NCBI GenBank assembly: GCA_048128005.1
Contig: JBEUKZ010000080.1
Span: forward strand, 186,001-250,000
Direction: 5' to 3'
Length of the DNA stretch: 64,000 nt
DNA from: Veleropilina oligotropha
Lineage: Eukaryota
This document shows, piece by piece, positions 1 through 8,909 of the stretch (positions are counted from its first letter, which is position 1; the number at the start of each line of letters is the position of its first letter). A program made the translations under genes and the position numbers. The notes below the pieces were generated by a model. The model saw only the letters and a list, made by a program, of their open reading frames with translations. It made no database searches and was not told the origin of the DNA.

Positions 1-14
1 TTCGGTCTTCGTTG

Positions 15-2675
15 TCACAGCGGATGTATACATCTCTCACTGTCTGTGAAATCCACCGCGAAACTAGTCCTCGTAATGTCGCGGGTGTAGGTGGGCAAAT
101 ACGATATGAATAAACGTAATTTTCCCTGTCGCAACTCACGGGTTCTGTCTAGGTAGAACCGAAGCGCCCGGACCGGGCAATTGAAGCGGTCTGCGTCGCG
201 CCTTCCGACTAGCGTTAGCTTGGGAATAACAACATCGGGTGCGTCCTCGTTCGGCCGCTGGTTCTTGGCTAAGAAGCCCAGAATGGGACGCAGTATCACC
301 GACCCGTCTGACTGGAATCGTATGTCTCTTAGCTCGGAGGAGAAAGCATGAATCTCGGAACAACGCCTGCCCGACGCTAAGGCGATCAGAAAAACTGTTT
401 TGTGCGTCAAGTTCCTCATGGTTATCTCGGACATCGGCTCATACGGGGGTAAGAGTAATGCGTTAAGAATAAGTACGATATTCCAGGCAGGTGGCTTAAT
501 TCTTCGGGTCGGTATCTCGAGTTCGTAAGATCGGATAAAATCTGATATCGTTCGGTCGCTTGATAGGCCAGCATGGGCACGACACTGCTTTAGCGTGGTC
601 GCGATCGTTGCCCGATAGCCTTTGACGGCGGACACTGACATACCGCGGTCGAAGAGCGACGATAAAAACTCGATAAACTTGTTCACAGGGGGACGGAGTA
701 TATTGATCTGCCTGCTGTGACACCAATCCACGTACTTAACCCATCGGTAGTCATAGACTTTTGTAGTGGAAATCCTTCTCGATCGATAGATACGTAAGGC
801 TGTAGCTTTAGAAAATCCTTTCTTAGCAAGGGATCGTTCGATAACCGCCAGGCGTGTAAACGTAAGTGGTTCGGCGACTCGTGGAGTACACGGGTGCGTG
901 ATTGCATTAACAGGTCTAGTTTCTGCGGTAACGCTAACGGTCGATCGACGATCAGATCGAGGAGGGTCGGAAACCAAGGTTGCGTGCGATACAGGGGCGC
1001 TATTAGCGTTATCTCGCAACGTTCGGTCGCTGCCTTCTGTAATACCAGTGATAGAATGCACGTCGGGGGGAAGGCATACGCGGACAGATTCTCCCATGTC
1101 ATTGACATTGCGTCGACCGCTAGGGCGGCCGGGTCTGGGTACGGGGAGACATACAGAGGTAGTCGGTAATTGAATTCTGTTGCAAACAAGTCGACTTGGG
1201 GTTGTGACCACCGGCGACAAACGTCCCGAGCTACTCGGCTGTGTAGCGTCCACTCTGTGTGTATAATCTGTGATCTCCGAGAGAGCGAATCCGCTCTGAC
1301 ATTCAGCTTTCCCGGGATGTGTCGGGCTCGAATCGTCGAGTTGAGGGACATCACTAAGCGGTGTAGGTCTATTGCTCGGTCGCATAGGGGACGCGAGCGA
1401 GTGCCGCCCTGGTGCTGTATGTAAGCGACGACAGTCGTGTTGTCCGTGGCGAGCATTATATGCTTGTTGCGGAGATGTGACGAGAGGGACCGTACTGACA
1501 GGTAGACGGCTTCTAACTCTAGGAAGTTGATATGTCGTCCCTGAAGGTCTGTCGGCCATAGGCCTGATGTCTCGTAACTGTCGAGGTGACCACCCCAGCC
1601 GTCGTTCGAAGCGTCTGTGAACAGGTAAGCGTTCGGCTCTGGTGGGGATATAGGAACCGACTGGTCCGGCAAAGCGGGGTTCAACCACACTGCTGTCGTG
1701 TCGGTAAACCAATGCCGTAGATCGATGCGATCCGTCCACTGCCCCGTCCGTTGTATCCAGCGATCCCTGAAAGCCTGTTGTAACGGTCTTTTGTCCATGC
1801 GACCCGTCGGTAGCAGGGGCGCTACCGACTCGATGTGCCCCAGGACAGTGGCCAGTTGTCGCGCCGTAGTTATGTCCGATGACAGGGTGTCTTGGATAAC
1901 CGCGCGTAGGTTCCGCATACGCTTCTGGGTCGGCTTCGCGGTGTACCGGACCGTATCGAAGTCGACTCCGAGGAACGTAAACGTCGTCGAGGGCACGAAG
2001 CAGGATTTTGTCTCGTTGATCTGAAATCCCAGGCGCTTCGTCGATGACAGGGTAAAGCTCGTAGACCGGAGGCACAGATCTCGGGACACCCCGAGGATCA
2101 GCCAGTCGTCGAGGTACATATGTACCCTGTGCCCTAGAGAGTGTAGGAAGGCCCCCAGGGCCTGTACTGTTCTCGTGAAGACGTACGGGGCTGACGATAG
2201 ACCGAACGGTAGGCACCTGAATTGGTAGATCGTCTCCCCGTGTATAAACCGAAGGTACTGATGAGCCGTGATATGCATCGGGACATGCAGATACGCGTCG
2301 GCGAGATCGATAGACGCTGCCCAGTCGCCCGGACGGATGGCCGCTCGAATCTTCGAGAGGGTTTCTTGCTGGAATTTCTCGGTACGAAGATATAGGTTTA
2401 GGTACGAGAGATCGAGGATCGGTCTCCAGCGGCCATCGGGTTTCGGGACCAGGAAGAAATGGCTGTAAAATCCTGGTGTGCTGGGCGGCGCGGGATATAT
2501 CGCTCTTTTTAGGAGCAAATCCCGCACTGCCTGGTCTTGAGGTCTTGTGACTTCTATTGTTCAGAAGTCTCGCGAGACTTGGCGAAGTCTCGCTAGGAAC
2601 GTGATGGGGTAGGAGCAGGGGAGGTAACCGTGTACGTTTTTGACTTATTAAGAGTGCATTATGGGACATATTCAC
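15..2675 (-). pseudogene. ITR-fused, frameshifted YR ORF of the deleted copy
   Basis: The deletion fuses an ITR reading frame to the ORF3 frame. The 2-bp deletion near 64 (aggactagtttcg vs aggactactgtttcg) shifts the frame before HxxR and the catalytic Tyr. Confidence 0.85.
683..2527 (-). pseudogene. 5'-truncated RT-RH-MT ORF of the deleted DIRS copy
   Basis: Identical to 7065-8909 apart from an Ala/Val change (LGASR vs LGVSR); lacks the upstream part of ORF2 and all of gag. Confidence 0.85.
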
Positions 2676-3600
2676 TATTTCCGGTTTGGCGATAATATAA
2701 CTATTATGGCAAGAGTAAGGACGTAAGTATGTTTGTAACTATATATCGAGAGATAGGCAAGCACATATTAGCCGCAAGGCAGTGTTCAATAAATTGTGCT
2801 GTATGCAGTTCTATATCACTTACTGATACCATTTGTCCATTATTTGGTGGGTAAGTTCACTCGTCGCCATTGAAATGATCTTTGTTATAACTAGCAGACG
2901 AGACACATGACATTTGTAAACATGGTGGGGTTATTCAAGATGAGGTGTCCATAGAATACGGATAACAGTTATACATCCAGTAAATATCAGTGATGTGACC
3001 CCAAGTATCATATTTGGCCAGTGATCATGCACATATCAGTAACATCCTAACATCCTAACATGCTCATGTCGTAGATATAACAGGGCATGATACTAAAGAA
3101 AGTGTCATGCATTAAGAATTCAGTTACTAATTAATTGACAAAAAACTTTTTTAAATATTATACACGTAATCTGATAGATTTTAAATTGACGCTATTGTCC
3201 TGTTTACATTTATTAGCATATTGGAACATACCGAACGTTACATTATTTTCATGGAAGGAACGCCAAAACATCCATTAAAACTCACCTTAAACCGCCGGTT
3301 ATTACTTAGCTCCAAATTGTTGGTCAACGAGTGGCAGTGGATTGAGGATCACACTCTATAATATATGACCGTGCCACGCGGCCGGCGGGTGCGAGAACAT
3401 CATGGCAGAATATTTATATTGACTGAATCTATACCATCAGAGACTCAGTCCATATTCCAAAAGTCAAAACAACATGATTAAACTGACTATTAAAGATCCA
3501 AATTGTTTTCCTAATCAGTTTATACTTTCCTACACAAATGATCATATATCATATAACTTTCAAATACCCGAACACCACTAATCAATATGTATATAGTTAC

Positions 3601-3807
3601 AAACATACTTACGTCCTTACTCTTGCCATAATAGTTATATTATCGCCAAACCGGAAATAGTGAATATGTCCCATAATGCACTCTTAATAAGTCAAAAACG
3701 TACACGGTTACCTCCCCTGCTCCTACCCCATCACGTTCCTAGCGAGACTTCGCCAAGTCTCGCGAGACTTCTGAACAATAGAAGTCACAAGACCTCAATT
3801 CAAAGTT
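3601..3807 (+). repeat. Left inverted terminal repeat of DIRS A
   Basis: Reverse complement of 10809-11015 (aaacatacttacgtcc...gacctcaattcaaagtt); preceded by the left-unique terminus tatatagttac at 3590-3600. Confidence 0.95.
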
Positions 3808-4585
3808 TTCCGCTGCCGCGGAAAGACGTTGTTTTGCTCCGCAAATATTTCGATATAGGCGCCCGATTTCACGTTAAATCAGGGCGCAGTTTCTGCTTAT
3901 ATAGCAATATAAGTAGTGGAATATAACCCTGTGTTGTGGATCTAAAACACATGTGAATATAAGAAGAGTGATTCTCAAACTTCGAGGAAGTTCTGGACAT
4001 CAAAGGAAACCGACATCGTCGTCAAGGACGCCGTGGCCGTTAAAGATGGCCGCTTAGAGGGAAAGTTTCGAGTGTAGCTGAAATTTCTGGTCGGTATAAT
4101 TATCTGATATTGTTTGAGACTGCAAACAGGTAACTCATTATATTGGATAATTCCTTAACAACGCTATTTGCTGGTTATTTATTATATAAAAAATTTCTAG
4201 CGTTGTTAAAAGGCAGGATCTTTTGATATTAAGCTTGCGTTAATTTTCTGATATCCTGCCGTTGCTGGGATAATACGCCATTGTACTAACATAAAACATC
4301 CACGAGGTTTCCAGGTGTTTTTCTGGGCGGTTTTTTCGAGGAAAGAACCCCCCTTTTGTTTTAGTCAATTTGCCGGGTTACCGGGTCGGTCGGGTAAAAT
4401 ACCCGACCTCGGTGTTCCCAGTTCGGGGTGTTATTAACGGTATATCGCTTGATCTCTAATCTTCAGATCAGGACAATTCTGTGAGTTGTCGTAGTACTCC
4501 CTCCAAGGAAAGAAGTCTCAACTACCATATATATACCTATTTATCTACCCCGTCTACCCACGTCCACCCTCCCGTGTATTTAGCT

Positions 4586-6835
4586 ATGGTCCGGTGCAGC
4601 AGCTCCGGGTGTAACCAGAAAATTCACGCATTTGATAGGCACAAGGAATGTTGTACTCACCGTAGCTGTAGTATACATCATCAATGTGATCTGTGCTTTC
4701 TTCTATCAGATAAGCAGTGGGCAACCCTGTCTCACCACGGTAAGTCGACCAGGGCGACTGCCACGGTGGGTCCTCCCCCGGAGAAGGGTCAGGAAGAGAC
4801 CGGTAAGTTACCTAACGTTTCTTCTTTGTCTGCTTCAGGGATGCTGGACGACAGCCGACACAAGGGGACGTCTGTCGCCGGATCCACCGGCGAAACCTCC
4901 GCGACTCTTGGGAGAGTCACCGAAGCCTTGCCGGTACCCAAGATTCAGGTAAAGACCCGAGTGTCGACCGATCCTCCAAAACCGGGCCTAGTAGCTGCAG
5001 TCAGCCATACCTTGCCGGCTAGCAAGGTATACATGACAGCGCAGCGAACAGCTGTACAGGGCAGACCATCCCCATCCTTTTCTTCGGCCTCGAAGAATAA
5101 GGGGACAGTTAGTCCTTCTGCGGTACACTCTCCGTCTAGCGACGGTGAAAGAACCAATGCAGAGAAAGCCTTTAAAGAGGCCGAGCACCTACTTGTAGGT
5201 CGAAGACTCGGACAATCGGCGAAACCTGAATCCTCGCTCGAGACCGACGCGACTTCCCCTAGGGGTTTTCCGCTCAACCTCGAGGCTCACGAGACGTTCA
5301 GAGGGCCCGGTCTCTCCCGTGCACCCTACGTGGTCACGCTAGAGGACGTGGACAGACCGGCTGCGTTCGGGACGGGGTTCTACGGCGGTTTTCCGTCCGT
5401 GCCTCGCTCGAACAGAGTGGTAGACCGATCAGAACTGTTGCCGCAGTCCTATCGGTCGTCCGGCCCACTGACTGCGCCTCCGGGCCAGTCCTTCGGGTTC
5501 GACCCCTCGACAAGTGCCCGTGGACCCTGGTCCTCGGTACCACCTGTCCGTGCAGCCCGTCTACCTAGCGCCACGGTTACCTCGACAGAACTACCGGCTG
5601 TTAGTTCGTCGCCCGTCCTGCCTCCGGGTTTCTCTTTTGAGAACGTCCAGGCATGGATCGCGGCGGGGATCGAGGAACGGTGTAAGGCCTGGCCGACGGC
5701 TCCCGAGCCGCACCTGGTACCTACACTTCTGCCCATGGCGCAGAGCACGGCTCCTGCCTCAGTGATAGACATCGACCCTCGTTCCGACGAGGATCTCTGT
5801 TCAAATCACACCGACCTCCCTGAATCGGTCGGGCCCGAAGACATTAGTCTTACAGGCACGCAGGAGCCGACCTCCTCCACCCGCCGAAGGCTCGACGCCG
5901 TTGCGTCACTTCGCGGGGTGCTTGGCTTGTCGGAACCGACTCGGTCGGCTGTAGACGTAGCCAAGCATAGGACGGCAGCACATCGGTTTGTTGCGAGGGA
6001 AGCCCCCGAGCTCCCCTCCTTACCTCAGTCCGGGCTGGTGGATCTTGTTGTAGACTCGATCACCAGGCTCGTTCAGGGGCGCAATCCGGTGGAGTCCTCC
6101 CCGCTGAACGAGTTCCCTTCGGGGTTCCGTAGTGGGAGGTACCTCCGGGCCAGTACTCGAGCGATCACGTTCGAATGCACTGGCCCGTGCCTGGCGACTG
6201 AGCCGGCTCGTGTTGACGCTTCGTTGCGTCGACTGACCGCCAGTCACACTCCCTCCGTAGCGAAAGTTCCTTGGTCCGCCTTGGAAGCTTTCGAGAGCTC
6301 CGCCCGACGGGCTCTGCGGCTATCGTCCGTTCAGGATTTTTTCCTAGACGGGGCGATAGCCGTATTACAGGAGAATGGACCCGGCGCCACCGAGGCTGCC
6401 CTGTCCTTCCTCCAGGAGGTTGCTGCCGCGCAGGAGACCAGCGCGTTGGAGACGGGACGTGTCCTGGGCAATGCCCTCCTACTTCGTAGGGATGCTTGCC
6501 TGGAAGGTACCTCGCTGGACGAGCCCACCCGGCGCTCGTTGCGATGCGTACCTTGCTCGGCCACCACTCTCTTTGGTGACAACTTCACGGAGTTTGTTGA
6601 CAAGAGAGCGGCGGACATGAAGGACCGTGCCATCGAGAAGGCAGTACTGCTCCCCACCCGGGGTCCACCTGCCAACTCGAAGAAGCGCTCCGGGCCCACC
6701 CCGGCCCCGAAGCCTTCTAAGCGTGCGAAGCCCTCTTCGGGTGGTAGGCCTCCGGCCAATAAACCCACTCCAAAGAGGCAAGCACCTCCAGCGAAATCCC
6801 GCAAGCAGAGCGGGAGAGGGAAGCCTCGGCCCTAG
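4586..6835 (+). CDS. DIRS ORF1, gag-like protein
   Basis: First ATG at 4586. N-terminal Cys/His cluster (CSSSGC...HKECCTHRSC...CDLC), Pro/Ser-rich middle, DIRS-gag/LAP2alpha-like C-terminal motif (LLLRRDACL...LRCVP...LFGD) and a basic tail. Confidence 0.85.
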   Translation: MVRCSSSGCNQKIHAFDRHKECCTHRSCSIHHQCDLCFLLSDKQWATLSHHGKSTRATATVGPPPEKGQEETGKLPNVSSLSASGMLDDSRHKGTSVAGSTGETSATLGRVTEALPVPKIQVKTRVSTDPPKPGLVAAVSHTLPASKVYMTAQRTAVQGRPSPSFSSASKNKGTVSPSAVHSPSSDGERTNAEKAFKEAEHLLVGRRLGQSAKPESSLETDATSPRGFPLNLEAHETFRGPGLSRAPYVVTLEDVDRPAAFGTGFYGGFPSVPRSNRVVDRSELLPQSYRSSGPLTAPPGQSFGFDPSTSARGPWSSVPPVRAARLPSATVTSTELPAVSSSPVLPPGFSFENVQAWIAAGIEERCKAWPTAPEPHLVPTLLPMAQSTAPASVIDIDPRSDEDLCSNHTDLPESVGPEDISLTGTQEPTSSTRRRLDAVASLRGVLGLSEPTRSAVDVAKHRTAAHRFVAREAPELPSLPQSGLVDLVVDSITRLVQGRNPVESSPLNEFPSGFRSGRYLRASTRAITFECTGPCLATEPARVDASLRRLTASHTPSVAKVPWSALEAFESSARRALRLSSVQDFFLDGAIAVLQENGPGATEAALSFLQEVAAAQETSALETGRVLGNALLLRRDACLEGTSLDEPTRRSLRCVPCSATTLFGDNFTEFVDKRAADMKDRAIEKAVLLPTRGPPANSKKRSGPTPAPKPSKRAKPSSGGRPPANKPTPKRQAPPAKSRKQSGRGKPRP

Positions 6836-8909
6836 GGCTGCCGGCATTCGCGACGGCCCCAGTTGCCCGCTCCCGCCGGTGGGAGCGTGCCTGTTAGCAC
6901 ACAGCCAGCCCTGGCTAGAGCTGACAGACAGCAACTGGGTCCACTTAGTCGTGAGTGCCGGATACAAGTTGGCATTCAACCGGCATCCGACCTTAACCGA
7001 GGCACCACCAACAAGACACGCTCGCCTCCTAAACGGAGAGAAACAAGCGGTCTTAGACCAGGCAGTGCGGGATTTGCTCCTAAAAAGAGCGATATATCCC
7101 GCGCCGCCCAGCACACCAGGATTTTACAGCCATTTCTTCCTGGTCCCGAAACCCGATGGCCGCTGGAGACCGATCCTCGATCTCTCGTACCTAAACCTAT
7201 ATCTTCGTACCGAGAAATTCCAGCAAGAAACCCTCTCGAAGATTCGAGCGGCCATCCGTCCGGGCGACTGGGCAGCGTCTATCGATCTCGCCGACGCGTA
7301 TCTGCATGTCCCGATGCATATCACGGCTCATCAGTACCTTCGGTTTATACACGGGGAGACGATCTACCAATTCAGGTGCCTACCGTTCGGTCTATCGTCA
7401 GCCCCGTACGTCTTCACGAGAACAGTACAGGCCCTGGGGGCCTTCCTACACTCTCTAGGGCACAGGGTACATATGTACCTCGACGACTGGCTGATCCTCG
7501 GGGCGTCCCGAGATCTGTGCCTCCGGTCTACGAGCTTTACCCTGTCATCGACGAAGCGCCTGGGATTTCAGATCAACGAGACAAAATCCTGCTTCGTGCC
7601 CTCGACGACGTTTACGTTCCTCGGAGTCGACTTCGATACGGTCCGGTACACCGCGAAGCCGACCCAGAAGCGTATGCGGAACCTACGCGCGGTTATCCAA
7701 GACACCCTGTCATCGGACATAACTACGGCGCGACAACTGGCCACTGTCCTGGGGCACATCGAGTCGGTAGCGCCCCTGCTACCGACGGGTCGCATGGACA
7801 AAAGACCGTTACAACAGGCTTTCAGGGATCGCTGGATACAACGGACGGGGCAGTGGACGGATCGCATCGATCTACGGCATTGGTTTACCGACACGACAGC
7901 AGTGTGGTTGAACCCCGCTTTGCCGGACCAGTCGGTTCCTATATCCCCACCAGAGCCGAACGCTTACCTGTTCACAGACGCTTCGAACGACGGCTGGGGT
8001 GGTCACCTCGACAGTTACGAGACATCAGGCCTATGGCCGACAGACCTTCAGGGACGACATATCAACTTCCTAGAGTTAGAAGCCGTCTACCTGTCAGTAC
8101 GGTCCCTCTCGTCACATCTCCGCAACAAGCATATAATGCTCGCCACGGACAACACGACTGTCGTCGCTTACATACAGCACCAGGGCGGCACTCGCTCGCG
8201 TCCCCTATGCGACCGAGCAATAGACCTACACCGCTTAGTGATGTCCCTCAACTCGACGATTCGAGCCCGACACATCCCGGGAAAGCTGAATGTCAGAGCG
8301 GATTCGCTCTCTCGGAGATCACAGATTATACACACAGAGTGGACGCTACACAGCCGAGTAGCTCGGGACGTTTGTCGCCGGTGGTCACAACCCCAAGTCG
8401 ACTTGTTTGCAACAGAATTCAATTACCGACTACCTCTGTATGTCTCCCCGTACCCAGACCCGGCCGCCCTAGCGGTCGACGCAATGTCAATGACATGGGA
8501 GAATCTGTCCGCGTATGCCTTCCCCCCGACGTGCATTCTATCACTGGTATTACAGAAGGCAGCGACCGAACGTTGCGAGATAACGCTAATAGCGCCCCTG
8601 TATCGCACGCAACCTTGGTTTCCGACCCTCCTCGATCTGATCGTCGATCGACCGTTAGCGTTACCGCAGAAACTAGACCTGTTAATGCAATCACGCACCC
8701 GTGTACTCCACGAGTCGCCGAACCACTTACGTTTACACGCCTGGCGGTTATCGAACGATCCCTTGCTAAGAAAGGATTTTCTAAAGCTACAGCCTTACGT
8801 ATCTATCGATCGAGAAGGATTTCCACTACAAAAGTCTATGACTACCGATGGGTTAAGTACGTGGATTGGTGTCACAGCAGGCAGATCAATATACTCCGTC
8901 CCCCTGTGA
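6627..8909 (+). CDS. DIRS ORF2: reverse transcriptase - RNase H - adenine methyltransferase-like domain
   Basis: RT motifs FLVPKPDGRWRPILDL, IDLADAYLHV, LPFGLSSAP, YLDD; RNase H motifs FTDAS, HINFLELEAV, TDN, HIPGKLNVRADSLSR; MT-like VDLFAT...YAFPP...QPWFP. The track start is GTG and no ATG lies upstream of the RT core. Confidence 0.95.
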   Translation: MPSRRQYCSPPGVHLPTRRSAPGPPRPRSLLSVRSPLRVVGLRPINPLQRGKHLQRNPASRAGEGSLGPRAAGIRDGPSCPLPPVGACLLAHSQPWLELTDSNWVHLVVSAGYKLAFNRHPTLTEAPPTRHARLLNGEKQAVLDQAVRDLLLKRAIYPAPPSTPGFYSHFFLVPKPDGRWRPILDLSYLNLYLRTEKFQQETLSKIRAAIRPGDWAASIDLADAYLHVPMHITAHQYLRFIHGETIYQFRCLPFGLSSAPYVFTRTVQALGAFLHSLGHRVHMYLDDWLILGASRDLCLRSTSFTLSSTKRLGFQINETKSCFVPSTTFTFLGVDFDTVRYTAKPTQKRMRNLRAVIQDTLSSDITTARQLATVLGHIESVAPLLPTGRMDKRPLQQAFRDRWIQRTGQWTDRIDLRHWFTDTTAVWLNPALPDQSVPISPPEPNAYLFTDASNDGWGGHLDSYETSGLWPTDLQGRHINFLELEAVYLSVRSLSSHLRNKHIMLATDNTTVVAYIQHQGGTRSRPLCDRAIDLHRLVMSLNSTIRARHIPGKLNVRADSLSRRSQIIHTEWTLHSRVARDVCRRWSQPQVDLFATEFNYRLPLYVSPYPDPAALAVDAMSMTWENLSAYAFPPTCILSLVLQKAATERCEITLIAPLYRTQPWFPTLLDLIVDRPLALPQKLDLLMQSRTRVLHESPNHLRLHAWRLSNDPLLRKDFLKLQPYVSIDREGFPLQKSMTTDGLSTWIGVTAGRSIYSVPL

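Larger units (their letters stand above)
1..2745 (-). mobile_element. Internally deleted DIRS A copy (runs off the window start)
   Basis: Left terminus and ITR (2745-2538) are joined directly to sequence equivalent to 7056 onward, so ~3799-7055 is deleted. Otherwise near-identical: I found one substitution (2088 vs 7504) and a 2-bp deletion near 64. Confidence 0.95.

Noticed and set aside
2530..2545. The deletion in the left copy as a spliced-out intron
   Set aside because: The deleted segment (~3799-7055) does not begin with GT/GC in any junction register.
3660..3926. Short ITR ORF MNMSHNALL... (also 10753-10956)
   Set aside because: It is present in several places only because the ITR is repeated, and it is not conserved in the family B ITR.
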